Positions 1 to 12,553 of a stretch of 64,000 nt of DNA are shown here, piece after piece (within the stretch, counting starts at the first letter, position 1; the number at the start of each line of letters is the position of its first letter). A program made the position numbers and the translations under genes. The DNA comes from Polyangiaceae bacterium (GTDB lineage: Bacteria > Myxococcota_A > Polyangia > Polyangiales > Polyangiaceae). The DNA lies in assembly GCA_044376115.1 (NCBI GenBank), contig JBILLK010000004.1:224001-288000 (forward strand), in the 5' to 3' direction. The notes under the pieces are model-generated. The model was not told the DNA's origin and did not search any database. It saw nothing but the letters and a program-made list of their open reading frames with translations.

Positions 1-85
1 CTTCTCGAGCGAGCGGATTTCGCCGCCATTGTTTGAAGCCAGGTCAGGGCTGAAAGAATAATTCGTCGGTCCTCGAACAAAGACA

Positions 86-113
86 TTGACCCGGAAAAAT
101 TCTTGAGTAGTGT
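86..113 (+). promoter_or_regulatory. sigma70-type promoter of tRNA-Gly
   Basis: TTGACC (86-91), 16 bp spacer, TAGTGT (108-113), then a GC-rich discriminator just upstream of the tRNA. Confidence 0.65.
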
Positions 114-126
114 AGCGCTCGCTGTT

Positions 127-198
<72 letters not shown>

Positions 199-221
199 CT
201 GAATCAGTAGTAAACCAGGAT

Positions 222-255
222 GGCGCGCCCGAATAAGGCGCGCCGTTTTCGTTTT
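222..255 (+). terminator. intrinsic terminator after tRNA-Gly
   Basis: GGCGCGCC-CGAATAA-GGCGCGCC followed by GTTTTCGTTTT. Confidence 0.75.
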
Positions 256-297
256 GTCGGCTTAGCTGGCGGCGAAAGGCCTAAGCGGCGAGCGGCT

Positions 298-1782
298 TCA
301 CTTGTGGATGTAGATGAGCGTGCCCCCTTGCGGGCTCGTTGCGCCGTGCCAGTCGCTGGGCACTTTGGGGTCGGTCCAGTCGAACAGATAGGCTGCATCC
401 GTCGGCGCCAAGTTCACACAGCCGTGGCTCCGAGGTTTTCCAAAGTCGTCGTGCCAATAGGCTGCGTGCAAGGCGTAACCCTCGTGGAAATACTGGATGT
501 AGGGCACGTCTCGAAGATCGAACGCCTCGTCCGAGCCTTCCTCGCCATCCATCGTCCCGGAGACATGCTTGGTGCGGATCATGAACGTGCCGCGGATGGT
601 TGAGAAGGTCGTGTCAGGGTCTCCCATGCCACCACGCCCGGTCGACACGAGCGCTGCATACACGGGCCTCTCCCCCTCGTAGGCCGTCAGCAGCTGGTTC
701 TCGATGCTGACGCTGATCCACTTCTTCCCGCGCTCCGCGTGCTTCGCGCGGTCCTTGCGCAGCTCGCCGACCACGAGGGCGGGCGCAGGTAACCAGAGTC
801 CCGTAGTCGTCTCCAAGAGCCCGCTCGCGCCACCGTGGGTCTTGCCCGTGAGTTCAAAGCCTGTGCGGCCTTTGACGGCTTCGCTTGGTCGAAACGACGC
901 TCCGCTCGGCTCGTAGGCTCGAGTACCGGAGGCCAACACAAAGGCCGGTGCACCGCCGCTTTTGAGCTCGACGCCGCGAACCTGGCTGACCGTGGCGGGT
1001 TTGGTTTGATCGAGGGCGATCAGATCGAGCTCGGTCGTCAACCCGAAGCGTCGATCGGTCCACTCGAAGATGGTCGAGAGACCGAACGCAGAGTTGCTTC
1101 GCGCGCGGCCGCGATGCACCGAATACGAGAGGTTCTTGTCGCTTCCGTACGGCTGCGGCAGGTCTTTGCCGGAGAGCAGGTACTCAGGCACGTCTGCTAC
1201 CGGAAGCGCCGCCAACGCCGGCTGCAAGTAGCCGCCCCGACGTTGCCCCTCGACGCGCTGCTGGTCCGCGAGCGACGGCAGGCGGAAGTAGAGGTGCGGC
1301 GCTGGCTCGCCGCTCATGGCGTAGTCGTACGGCAACGGCTGGCCACGACGCGGAGCAAGCTTTGCGGCCTGTACAATCGGGTGATTGAGGTCGAGCGTTG
1401 CGCCCTTCCCAACACATACGTACCCGCGAGGCTGAATTCGGTACCAGCCGCCTTCACAGCCGGAGGTTCCGAGCGGGTCGGGACTTCTATCAACGACCGC
1501 TCCCGCCCGCAGATAGCCGAGCTTCGATGCGCGGGACTCGGGGTGGTCGTAGACCCAGGTCCGCATCGCGATAGAGCCAACTTTGGTCGCAGCGTTCGGC
1601 TCGGCGTCGGGCTTCACTGGCACCGCAGGTGGCGGTTCCGCAGCCGCGCTAGCGGTAACGCTCGGGAGCGTGAGCGTGAGCTTTGCCGAGTCGTCGGAAC
1701 GCCGACCAGGCGGCTGCTTGAACTCGCACGCACCCAGCGCAATCAGCGCCAGTAGCCACCGCGTCTCGATGCGGAGGGTCAT
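298..1782 (-). CDS. L,D-transpeptidase (YkuD family), probable lipoprotein
   Basis: C-terminal HAAYWHDDFGKPRSHGCVNL catalytic motif; start placed at MTLRIE before the lipobox-like LGAC; the ORF extension to 1899 overlaps glgA. Confidence 0.88.
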   Translation of the reverse strand: MTLRIETRWLLALIALGACEFKQPPGRRSDDSAKLTLTLPSVTASAAAEPPPAVPVKPDAEPNAATKVGSIAMRTWVYDHPESRASKLGYLRAGAVVDRSPDPLGTSGCEGGWYRIQPRGYVCVGKGATLDLNHPIVQAAKLAPRRGQPLPYDYAMSGEPAPHLYFRLPSLADQQRVEGQRRGGYLQPALAALPVADVPEYLLSGKDLPQPYGSDKNLSYSVHRGRARSNSAFGLSTIFEWTDRRFGLTTELDLIALDQTKPATVSQVRGVELKSGGAPAFVLASGTRAYEPSGASFRPSEAVKGRTGFELTGKTHGGASGLLETTTGLWLPAPALVVGELRKDRAKHAERGKKWISVSIENQLLTAYEGERPVYAALVSTGRGGMGDPDTTFSTIRGTFMIRTKHVSGTMDGEEGSDEAFDLRDVPYIQYFHEGYALHAAYWHDDFGKPRSHGCVNLAPTDAAYLFDWTDPKVPSDWHGATSPQGGTLIYIHK

Positions 1783-1808
1783 ACGCGCCTGCGAACGACC
1801 ATCAACGC

Positions 1809-3395
1809 TTACTCGGGCTTGGGTCCCGCAACCTGCGCAGCCCGCGCCTCGACGACTCGCGCGTAGCTTTGGGCGTAGAGACGCGCAGGGCGCTCCCAAC
1901 CAACGTCCAACCGCATCACCCGTCGACGGAGCGAAGAAAGGCGCGGATGCCGGAAGGTGGTCACCGCGCGCCCAACTGCGCCCGCTAGATCCTCGACGGT
2001 CGCGGCTTCGAACAAGAGCCCCGTGCCCGTCTCGAGATCGACGTCCACATCGACGACGGTGTCGACCAACCCGCCCGTGCGAGCGACGACGGGGATGGCA
2101 CCGTAGCGTTGAGCATAGAGTTGCACCAAACCGCAGGGCTCCGAGCGTGAGGGCATCAACACGAAGTCAGCTGCAGCGACCAGGCGATGGGCGACCTTCT
2201 CCTCAACGAAGCCGAGGTAGCGAACGCGTTCGCCAAACTCCGAGGCAGCAGCCTTGAGCTCGGCCTCGATCGCAGCATCCCCTCGCCCGGCCACCACGAG
2301 ACAGAGGTCTTGCTTCATCAGCCTGGCTACGGCCTTCGCCAGCACGTCCGTACCCTTTTGCTTGGTGACTCGACCGAGCGACACGAACAGCGGAATCGCC
2401 GGATCGAGCGGGAGGCCGAGCTCGGCCAAAAGGGTGCTCTTGGAGCGACCACGATTCGACCAATCGTCCGAATCGTAGCGAGCAACGAGCGACGGGTCGG
2501 TGGCGGGATTCCAAACGCTTGCATCAACACCGTTGACGATGCCCTGAACAGGAGCCGGTCGAGCTCGAAGCACGCCTTCGAGCCGAAAGCCCTTCCCCTC
2601 CGTGGTCAATTCCCGCGCGTAACTCGGCGAAACCGTGGTCACTGAATCCGCGCTGACGATGCCGCCCTTGAGCAAATTCACGCCACCATAGAACTCGAGC
2701 CCTTCGAGCGTGAAGTGCGCCATCGACAGACCGAAGAGGCGCAACACGGCGCGCACTTTGTCTGCGGCGAAGAAGCCTTGGGCCGAGGCATCATGGATCG
2801 TCAAGACCGACGCAATACCGGCGAGTTCAGGGACCTCTCGCATCAAGAACGGAATCATCGCAGCCGGCCAGTCGTGAACGTGAACGGCGTCGAACGGTGC
2901 CTCTCCAGCCCGCAGGCCGCCGGTGCTGGCGCGCGCCTTCAAGAACTCCACCACCGCCCGATTGAAAAGCGCAACCTTGAGCGCACCAACCAGCGTTCCT
3001 TCGCCGGCGTAGATCTTGTCGGTGGCCTTCGAGGTGACGTCGCCGAACAGGCTTCCTCCAGGGAAGACGTCCGAGGCAGGGACCTGGACGTCGAAGAAAA
3101 CAACGTCTACCCCCGAGCCCAAACGCGCATCGAACAGAATTACGTCGGTCGGCCGGTCCGCTAGAAACGCTGCCTCTGAAGGCAGATCGGACGCAGCGAG
3201 CGCTGGCAACTTCAGCGGCGTCAACCGACGGGCCAACAGCACCCCAGCCTCCTCGAAGGCGGGGTACCGAGGCAAGGCGAGGGTGACGCGATGCCCCTGG
3301 TTGCGCAGTGTCTTCGACAGGGCGAAAACGACGTCAGCCAGACCGCCAACCTTGGCCATCGGCGAAAGCTCAGTCGCGACGAAAAGGATCTCCAT
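1809..3395 (-). CDS. glgA: glycogen synthase (GT5)
   Basis: N-terminal KVGGLADV ADP-glucose motif, HDW, GIVNGVD, EPCGLVQ, TGGLVDTV. Confidence 0.93.
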   Translation of the reverse strand: MEILFVATELSPMAKVGGLADVVFALSKTLRNQGHRVTLALPRYPAFEEAGVLLARRLTPLKLPALAASDLPSEAAFLADRPTDVILFDARLGSGVDVVFFDVQVPASDVFPGGSLFGDVTSKATDKIYAGEGTLVGALKVALFNRAVVEFLKARASTGGLRAGEAPFDAVHVHDWPAAMIPFLMREVPELAGIASVLTIHDASAQGFFAADKVRAVLRLFGLSMAHFTLEGLEFYGGVNLLKGGIVSADSVTTVSPSYARELTTEGKGFRLEGVLRARPAPVQGIVNGVDASVWNPATDPSLVARYDSDDWSNRGRSKSTLLAELGLPLDPAIPLFVSLGRVTKQKGTDVLAKAVARLMKQDLCLVVAGRGDAAIEAELKAAASEFGERVRYLGFVEEKVAHRLVAAADFVLMPSRSEPCGLVQLYAQRYGAIPVVARTGGLVDTVVDVDVDLETGTGLLFEAATVEDLAGAVGRAVTTFRHPRLSSLRRRVMRLDVGWERPARLYAQSYARVVEARAAQVAGPKPE

Positions 3396-3508
3396 GCGTC
3401 GGACGGTCTACCACACTTGTGATCAGCGGGGCGGGCCGAAAAGACTCACAGCGCCGCCTACGTCGTGCAAGATTCCGCCCGCTTCCGTCTCGGAGCGCCC
3501 CAACCCGC

Positions 3509-4567
3509 ATGACCCGTCTTCGCAACTACGAACTTTTGCGCGAGCCGCAGCGCCCGCCTTCCATCGACGGGGCAGCCGTGTTGACCGTGCTGCGGGTTCC
3601 TCCCGAAAACGAGGGTATGCGGCTGGATCGCTTCGTTCAGTCGCAACTCAAGCGAACAACCCGCACTCGCGCCCAATTCATCATCGAGAAAAGCGCGTTT
3701 ACGCCCGAGGGGCGGCCGCACCAAAAGGCGGACCGGGTCCGCAGTGAACAGTGGATCTGCCTTTGGCGCGCACCGTGGGACGAGGCTTTCACCGATACCG
3801 AGCTGCCCATCCTCTACGAAGACGAGGACCTGTGTGCGGTCGACAAGCCGCCGATGATCCCCGTGCACCCGACAGCTCGCTACTTTCGCTCGACGGTGGT
3901 CAAACTGCTGGAGCACAAGCGGCCCGAACAGCGGTTCTACCTTGCGCATCGGCTCGACCGTGAGACGAGCGGCGTGCTGCTGCTTACGAAGAACAAAGAG
4001 GCGGACCGTCATATCAAGAAGCAGTTCGCTGGGCTCGATCCGGAAACTGGCCGGCCCTCCGCTCTGCGGTTCGTGGCCAAACGCTACCTCGCCGTTTGCC
4101 ACGGCGACCCTGGGCGGGAGAGCTTCATCGTGGACTCCCCGCTCGAGCCCGACCCGACCTCGAGCCTGCGCGTGAAGATGCGTGTAGCGACGGTGGGCGG
4201 GCTGGAGTCGCTCACGCGCTGCACGCTCGTGTCTCGCCACCGTTCACGTAAGACCGGAGCTGCTTATTCGGTCATTGCCTGCGATCTCGAGACGGGCCGT
4301 CAGCACCAAATTCGGGTGCATCTAGCGAGCATCGGCTGCCCTCTCGTCGGCGAGAAACTGTACAGCGGGGACGACGACCTCTTTCGCCGTGGCGCGGATG
4401 GCACGCTGACCAGCCAAGACCAGGAGCTGCTTCAACTCGAGCGGCAGGCGCTGCACGCGCAAACCCTCGAACTCGAGCATCCGCGCGAAGCACGGCGCGT
4501 TCGCATCACGAGTCCGCTGCCGCGCGACATCGCCGAGTTCTTGGACGCGCAAGATAAGCTCAACTGA
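3509..4567 (+). CDS. RluA-family pseudouridine synthase with S4-like N-terminus
   Basis: RLDRF, VDKP, HRLDRETSG (catalytic Asp), TGRQHQIRVH, QALHA; start chosen at MTRLRN. Confidence 0.92.
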   Translation: MTRLRNYELLREPQRPPSIDGAAVLTVLRVPPENEGMRLDRFVQSQLKRTTRTRAQFIIEKSAFTPEGRPHQKADRVRSEQWICLWRAPWDEAFTDTELPILYEDEDLCAVDKPPMIPVHPTARYFRSTVVKLLEHKRPEQRFYLAHRLDRETSGVLLLTKNKEADRHIKKQFAGLDPETGRPSALRFVAKRYLAVCHGDPGRESFIVDSPLEPDPTSSLRVKMRVATVGGLESLTRCTLVSRHRSRKTGAAYSVIACDLETGRQHQIRVHLASIGCPLVGEKLYSGDDDLFRRGADGTLTSQDQELLQLERQALHAQTLELEHPREARRVRITSPLPRDIAEFLDAQDKLN

Positions 4568-4577
4568 GAGAAAGCGA

Positions 4578-4602
4578 ATGCCCGAACCGAGGGCTCGGGC
4601 AT
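4578..4602. terminator. hairpin between convergent genes
   Basis: ATGCCCGA...TCGGGCAT inverted repeat. Confidence 0.55.
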
Positions 4603-4628
4603 CGTGCGTCCTTCACGCCACGCTCAAA

Positions 4629-4841
4629 CTACTTCTTGGGCGCGAGGTTGTTGATCGCCTGGGCCCAAAGCACGAACTTGTTGGTCGCAAGGTCGCGGAT
4701 GGTGCTGATCCCGAGCGCGCTCTTGAGCGCGGCGGCGTCAGCTTCGGAGACGCCCTGCAACGCGCTCACGGGCGCGTCTGCTAGCTCAGCAAACTCTTTG
4801 CTTTCGAACGACTTATCGAGAATCGAGGAGATATTGGCCAT
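4629..4841 (-). CDS. small hypothetical protein (70 aa, possible helix-hairpin-helix-like motif)
   Basis: GGAGGG RBS, strongly biased codons, ALQGVSEADAAALKSALGISTIRDLA segment. Confidence 0.85.
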   Translation of the reverse strand: MANISSILDKSFESKEFAELADAPVSALQGVSEADAAALKSALGISTIRDLATNKFVLWAQAINNLAPKK

Positions 4842-4885
4842 GACTGCGAGTAGCCCTCCCCCCTCGAGGCGTCAAACTCCGCCCA

Positions 4886-5233
4886 TTAGGAGAGAATGCG
4901 CACCACGGCTTGCTCGAGCTCGCGCGAAACCGGACCGCCGTCCACCTTCGTTACGAGCACGCGTTGGCCGTCGCTTAGCTCGACGACGCTCATGGCGAAA
5001 GCACGGTCGCTGAGCGAGGCGAGCAGCGGGTGCCCGAGCACTCCCTCCATCCGCAGCGCCGAAACCGCAGCCGCTACAGCGGGCTCCAGGTCCCCCACCC
5101 CAGAAACGCTCAGGCCCTCGAGCGTGCTGACCGCCAAACACGATGCCCCCGAACGTTCCTGCTCTGCGCTGAGCAGGAACTCGAGGGCTAGACTCTTGAC
5201 AGACGACCGGCAGACACGACGACACGGTTCCAT
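4886..5233 (-). CDS. hypothetical protein, possible Roadblock/LC7 (MglB-like) fold
   Basis: 115 aa; helix then LAVSTLEGLSV resembling the Roadblock 'vv.s.dGl.i' strand pair; ends in an amphipathic helix (LEQAVVRILS). Confidence 0.6.
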   Translation of the reverse strand: MEPCRRVCRSSVKSLALEFLLSAEQERSGASCLAVSTLEGLSVSGVGDLEPAVAAAVSALRMEGVLGHPLLASLSDRAFAMSVVELSDGQRVLVTKVDGGPVSRELEQAVVRILS

Positions 5234-5286
5234 GCCCGAACTTTTCTACAGGCAGGATAATCGGCAAAGTTTCCGTCGGTGCTGAT

Positions 5287-5580
5287 TCAAATGCCGCGCG
5301 GCACCTTATCGAGATCGACCGTCGCGAGTGCATGGCGAATCAAAGCACTGCGGCTCGCCTTGGTTAGGCCCTTCGCCTTGAGCGTGTCGACCATGTCGTC
5401 GAGCTTCTTGAGGTCGTCGGTGTACATCGAGATGCAGATCACCTTGTAGTGCTCGGGCTTCGCAGTGTCCTTGGGCGGCCTGCTGCTTCGGCTCTTCGAA
5501 TAGAAGCTGCCCGAAAGTACGCCTTCCACTTCCGCTCGGTCGAGCAGACCCCACCCTCGCTGTCCGTCATCGCTACCCAT
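5287..5580 (-). CDS. small protein with C-terminal ribbon-helix-helix (RHH) domain
   Basis: GGAGG RBS; YKVICISMY strand, helix, then SRSALIRHAL, a typical RHH pattern. Confidence 0.8.
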   Translation of the reverse strand: MGSDDGQRGWGLLDRAEVEGVLSGSFYSKSRSSRPPKDTAKPEHYKVICISMYTDDLKKLDDMVDTLKAKGLTKASRSALIRHALATVDLDKVPRGI

Positions 5581-5612
5581 CGTGTCCTCCAATCGTCTGG
5601 TCGTGCGGCGGC

Positions 5613-6890
5613 CTAGAGCGAGGCTGCGGCTTGTTGCGGTTTGTCGGCGAGAGGGAGGCGCCTAGCTTGCTCCCGACTCGCGCACAGTCGCTTCACGACT
5701 GTCATGTAGTCGTCCGCGGCACTCATACCGGCGGCGTACTCGAAGATGGTTTGCCCCTGAGCAGGCGCCTCTTTGACTTTGATCGCTGCGCGAACCGGAG
5801 GCAGGCAGCGATCGCCAAAGTGCTCCTTCAATGTCTGCACCGCCTCATGACAAATCTTCGCGCGTGCGTCGAAGAAGGTCGGAAGGACGCCCCAGATCTG
5901 AACGGGGTGATGGAGCAGGGAGTTGACGTTCTTGATGGTCTTGATCACCTGCCGCACACCGACGAGCGAGAGGTAGTCACACGCCACCGGGACCAGCACG
6001 CTGTCGGCAAACACCAGCGCGTTCTGGTTCATCAGCGAAAGACTCGGCGAGCAATCGATCACGACGTAGTCGTAGCTCGAGGTCGCTGCGTGAAGTCGAT
6101 CGCGCAGCACGCGGTCGCGGTTCTGACGCCCAGCCAGGTACAACTCGGCGGCTGCCAGCGTCTCATTCGAGGGCAGCAGATCGAGGTTCTCGCGCACGGG
6201 TTTGACGGCTTGCTGGATCGAAAGCCCCATCACCAGCACGTGGTAGAGCGACCGCTCGCTGGAGGCTCCGAGCGAAACAGCCACGTTGCCCTGGGCGTCG
6301 GTGTCCACCAAGAGAACCCGGTTGCCAGCGAGGGCGAGACCGGCGGCAACACTGACAGCGCTGGTGGTCTTCCCCGTTCCACCCTTGTGGTTGAAGACGG
6401 CCAGTACACGCGGCGTTTCGCTGGGAGGGCTCGCCTCTGCTCGCTGACGAGGTTGCATGACCGGCACAACCACCCCCGACTTCGCTGCAGGCCTTGCGGC
6501 CGGCGATGCCGCGATCGGCGAGGCCAACGTCGGCACGGCAGTTGGTGCCGCCTCCGCACGGGCGGGAGGGACAGAGGCCGGGACGTGCGGCTGTTGGCAC
6601 ATTTCCCCGAGGGTCAAGCCTTCCGCCTCACGCTGAATCTGCGCACGGCACTCGGTGCTGCAGGCGTAATGACGCTTGCCTTTGACGTAAACGAGTTGCG
6701 CTGCGAGCGAGACGGCGAAGCGCTTCGAGCAAGCTCCACAGACCGCCCCGGTGGTCGCGCGCTTCTGGCTGATCTCGAGGCACTTCTGAGAACAGAAGAA
6801 CGCAAAACCGCCTTCCTGCTCCTCCATCTGGTAGCGGAACTGGACGTCGAAAGCAGTGGTGCACACGCTGCACGATTCGCGAATGGACAC
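5613..6890 (-). CDS. ParA/Soj-family ATPase with two N-terminal TRASH/MYM-like Cys motifs
   Basis: Deviant Walker A KGGTGKTT, DTDAQGN, IDCSPS, EAP; N-terminus CSVC..FCSQKC and CGAC..ACSTEC; AAGGAG RBS before GTG. Confidence 0.9.
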   Translation of the reverse strand: MSIRESCSVCTTAFDVQFRYQMEEQEGGFAFFCSQKCLEISQKRATTGAVCGACSKRFAVSLAAQLVYVKGKRHYACSTECRAQIQREAEGLTLGEMCQQPHVPASVPPARAEAAPTAVPTLASPIAASPAARPAAKSGVVVPVMQPRQRAEASPPSETPRVLAVFNHKGGTGKTTSAVSVAAGLALAGNRVLLVDTDAQGNVAVSLGASSERSLYHVLVMGLSIQQAVKPVRENLDLLPSNETLAAAELYLAGRQNRDRVLRDRLHAATSSYDYVVIDCSPSLSLMNQNALVFADSVLVPVACDYLSLVGVRQVIKTIKNVNSLLHHPVQIWGVLPTFFDARAKICHEAVQTLKEHFGDRCLPPVRAAIKVKEAPAQGQTIFEYAAGMSAADDYMTVVKRLCASREQARRLPLADKPQQAAASL

Positions 6891-7055
6891 GCAGGAACTC
6901 CTTGGGCAGGCGGCACCACCCGGGCGCCGCGAGCCCCCTCATCACCACAGGCCGATATAAGTGGCCAAGTTTTTGCCGCACGTTTGCACCGGCCAGACTG
7001 AGCGGACAGCGCGGTTTCGCTGGTTTTGCGCCGACGGCAGCGCTAAGCGGGCGAC

Positions 7056-8627
7056 ATGATCAAGCGCGCACTTCTCTCGGTGTCGGACAAACGTGGGCTC
7101 TTAGATTTCGCGCGTGAGCTGGCGAAGCAGGGCGTCATCTTGCTGAGCACGGGTGGTACTCAGAAGGCGCTTCAGGCCGAGGGCATCCCGGTCACCGCGG
7201 TGGAGGACTACACGCAGTCCCCCGAGGTCATGGCCGGGCGCGTCAAGACCCTCCACCCTCGTATTCACGGTGGTCTCCTCCAGCGCGGCGCGATCGACGC
7301 TGACGATCTAGCTCGTCTTGGCGCGGCGCCGATCGATCTGGTGGTCGTGAATCTCTACCCGTTCGATCAAGTGCTGCAAAATCCGGCCAGTAAGCTCGAA
7401 GAGTTAATCGAGAACATCGACATCGGCGGACCCTCGATGTTGCGCAGCGCCGCGAAGAACCACGAGCGGGTCACGGTCGTTTGTGACCCAGCCGACTATC
7501 CGCTGGTATTGAGCGAGATGAGCGAGCTCGGGGGACAGACAAGCGCTACGACAAGGCGCAGGCTCGCAGCAAAAGTCTTCGCTAAAACAGCAGCTTACGA
7601 TGCAACCATTGCAGGTTACTTGAGCTCCATCGCGGTCGATTCAGCACTCGACTCAGCGCCGGAACGCGCCCCGTTCCCCGAGCACTTCATTCTCCCGTTT
7701 GAGCGTGTGTATTCGCTTCGTTACGGCGAAAACCCTCATCAACAAGCTGCCTTCTATCGGGACTCGCGCCCTTCGCCTGGGACGATTGCCGGTGCCAACC
7801 CGGTTACCCCCTCGGCCAAGGAGCTCAGCTTCAACAACCTCGTCGATTTGGACGCCGCCTTGGAGGCCGTGCGCGAGTTCGACCGCCCTGCGGCCGTAAT
7901 CGTCAAGCACACGAATCCCTGCGGTGTGGCTCGGGCCGAATCGCTTGAGGTCGCCTACCGAAGAGCGCGCGAAGCAGACGCCGTGAGCGCCTTTGGAGGC
8001 ATTGTCGCGCTCAACCGCGAGGTGGACGAAGCGACCGCACGCGCCCTCGTGGAAACGTTCCTCGAGTGCGTGGTGGCCCCCTCCTTCAGTGAAGCGGCCT
8101 GTGAGGTGCTTTCATCGAAGAAGAACCTCCGAGTGCTTGCCTGCGGCGACCTCTCCAAGGAAACCGCCGCCTTCACCACGAAACGCGTAAGCGGTGGCCT
8201 AGTAGCCCAGACAACCGACCGCACAGGTCCAGGCGAGGTAGCCAACGGTCGAGTGGTGACGAAACGCGCTCCAACAGCTGAAGAGCTAGCCGCGTTGGAT
8301 TTCAGCTGGCTGGTTTGCAAGCACGTGAAGTCGAACGCCATCGTCCTCGGACGTGAACACGAAACAGTCGGTGTTGGCGCTGGACAGATGAGTCGGGTGG
8401 AGTCTGTGCGGATCGCCTGTAGCAAAGCCGCTGACAAGGCGAGCGGTTCGGTGCTGGCGTCCGATGCGTTCTTCCCCTTCCCCGACGGAGTCGAGCTGGC
8501 CAGCCAAGCGGGAGTAACCGCAATCGCGCAGCCGGGCGGTAGCGTGAAAGACGTTGAGGTCATCGCCAAAGCGGACGAACTCGGTCTCGCAATGGTCTTC
8601 ACCGGCGCGCGCCATTTCCGCCACTGA
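7056..8627 (+). CDS. purH: bifunctional AICAR transformylase/IMP cyclohydrolase
   Basis: ALLSVSDK, GRVKTLHP, LRYGENPHQ, ASDAFFPF, C-terminal RHFRH. Confidence 0.98.
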   Translation: MIKRALLSVSDKRGLLDFARELAKQGVILLSTGGTQKALQAEGIPVTAVEDYTQSPEVMAGRVKTLHPRIHGGLLQRGAIDADDLARLGAAPIDLVVVNLYPFDQVLQNPASKLEELIENIDIGGPSMLRSAAKNHERVTVVCDPADYPLVLSEMSELGGQTSATTRRRLAAKVFAKTAAYDATIAGYLSSIAVDSALDSAPERAPFPEHFILPFERVYSLRYGENPHQQAAFYRDSRPSPGTIAGANPVTPSAKELSFNNLVDLDAALEAVREFDRPAAVIVKHTNPCGVARAESLEVAYRRAREADAVSAFGGIVALNREVDEATARALVETFLECVVAPSFSEAACEVLSSKKNLRVLACGDLSKETAAFTTKRVSGGLVAQTTDRTGPGEVANGRVVTKRAPTAEELAALDFSWLVCKHVKSNAIVLGREHETVGVGAGQMSRVESVRIACSKAADKASGSVLASDAFFPFPDGVELASQAGVTAIAQPGGSVKDVEVIAKADELGLAMVFTGARHFRH

Positions 8628-8677
8628 GCCCCAGCGGAGCCGCCGCCGTACGCCCAACGAAGGCGCCACCGTAATGG

Positions 8678-8736
8678 GGCGCCTGATTCAGGCCTGGTTC
8701 AATCAGGCGCCTGGTTCAATCAGGCGCCTGGTTCAA

Positions 8737-8739
<3 letters not shown>
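8678..8739. repeat. hairpin with tandem 17-bp duplication between convergent purH and lon
   Basis: CCTGGTTCAATCAGGCG at 8693-8709 and 8710-8726, partial copy 8727-8739; GGCGCCTGATT (8678-8688) is the reverse complement of AATCAGGCGCC. Confidence 0.85.
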
Positions 8740-11214
<2,475 letters not shown>

Positions 11215-11290
11215 GTTGGAGCCCAGTCAGAAGATAGAGGCACAGCCAGCAAAGCTGGCTGTAGGCAGCAAAGCACGAGTCAGATCAACC

Positions 11291-12553
11291 TCAGGCCAAC
11301 TCGGCTTCCTTCTCTTTGCTGTACACGATGATCGGAGCCTCTTGACGGAGGATAACCTCCTCATTGACTACGACTTCCTTCACGCCGCTGCGCGAAGGGA
11401 TCTCGTACATGATGTCGAGCATCGCGTTCTCAAGGATCGCCCGCAGGCCGCGAGCTCCGCTGTGGCGTTCAAGAGCCTGCTTCGCCACCGCAACGAGCGC
11501 ACCGCGGGTGAACTTGAGCTTCACACCGTCCATCTCGAAGAGCTTCTGGTACTGCTTCACCAGGCTGTTCTTCGGCTTGGTGAGGATGTCGATCAGGGCG
11601 TCCTCGTTGAGTTCGTGGAGAGTAGCCACGATGGGCAACCGTCCGATGAACTCAGGGATGAGCCCGAACTTGAGCAGGTCCTCGGGCTGCACCTGCCCCA
11701 AGAGTTCACCCAGCTTCAACTCTTTCTTGCTGCGCACTTCAGAGCCAAAACCAATCGCGCTTTGGCCGATGCGCCGCTGGATGATTTGGTCGAGACCGAC
11801 GAAGGCGCCACCACAGATAAACAGAATGTTGACGGTGTCGACCTGCAAGAAATCTTGCTGGGGATGTTTACGCCCCCCCTTAGGAGGCACATTCGCGATG
11901 GTACCCTCGATGATCTTGAGCAGCGCTTGCTGAACACCCTCGCCAGAAACGTCTCGCGTTATTGACGGGTTGTCGCTCTTGCGACTGATCTTGTCGATCT
12001 CATCGATGTAAACGATACCGCGCTGCGCCCGCTCGACGTCATGGTCAGCGTTCTGAAGCAACTGAACGATGATGTTCTCAACATCCTCGCCCACATAGCC
12101 TGCTTCAGTGAGCGTGGTTGCGTCAGCAATCGCAAACGGTACGTTGATGATCTTTGCCAGGGTCTGAGCAAGCAGCGTTTTGCCGCTTCCAGTGGGTCCG
12201 AGCAAAATGATGTTCGATTTCTGCAGCTCGACTTCGCCGGCAGCCACCTTCGAATCGATTCGTTTGTAGTGGTTATGAACCGCTACCGACAGGATCTTCT
12301 TGGCTCGATCCTGACCGACGACATACTCGTCGAGGATGGCCTTAATCTCCGAGGGCTTGGGGATTGGAGTCGATCCGCTCTGCGGCTCCTCCTTTTCCAC
12401 CTCCTCAGCGATGATATCGTTGCACAGGCCAATACACTCGTCGCAGATGTAGACCGTGGGTCCAGCGATGAGCTTTTTGACCTCTTTCTGCGACTTTCCG
12501 CAGAAAGAGCAACTGAGGTTCCCGCTCCCGTGATCGTCCCGCCTTCTCTCCAC
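11291..12553 (-). CDS. clpX: ATP-dependent Clp protease ATPase subunit
   Basis: CSFCGK..CDEC zinc domain, [16 protein letters not shown] and IGF loops; GTG start at 12553 chosen (ORF extends to 12574). Confidence 0.98.
   Translation of the reverse strand: MERRRDDHGSGNLSCSFCGKSQKEVKKLIAGPTVYICDECIGLCNDIIAEEVEKEEPQSGSTPIPKPSEIKAILDEYVVGQDRAKKILSVAVHNHYKRIDSKVAAGEVELQKSNIILLGPTGSGKTLLAQTLAKIINVPFAIADATTLTEAGYVGEDVENIIVQLLQNADHDVERAQRGIVYIDEIDKISRKSDNPSITRDVSGEGVQQALLKIIEGTIANVPPKGGRKHPQQDFLQVDTVNILFICGGAFVGLDQIIQRRIGQSAIGFGSEVRSKKELKLGELLGQVQPEDLLKFGLIPEFIGRLPIVATLHELNEDALIDILTKPKNSLVKQYQKLFEMDGVKLKFTRGALVAVAKQALERHSGARGLRAILENAMLDIMYEIPSRSGVKEVVVNEEVILRQEAPIIVYSKEKEAELA

Noticed and set aside
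1..36. Possible 3' end of a + strand CDS (LLERADFAAIV*)
   Set aside because: Too short to support a call
6962..6977. TGGCCAAGTTTTTGCC as a sigma54 promoter for purH
   Set aside because: GG-N10-GC spacing is correct, but the -24 box deviates (TGGCCA), no activator is adjacent and purH is housekeeping
5631..7001. 456-aa antisense ORF over the TRASH-ParA gene (similar cases at 26750-28009, 42544-44088, 44037-45095 and 53146-54501)
   Set aside because: Shadow ORFs expected from high-GC codon bias; no motifs, and they overlap well-supported genes
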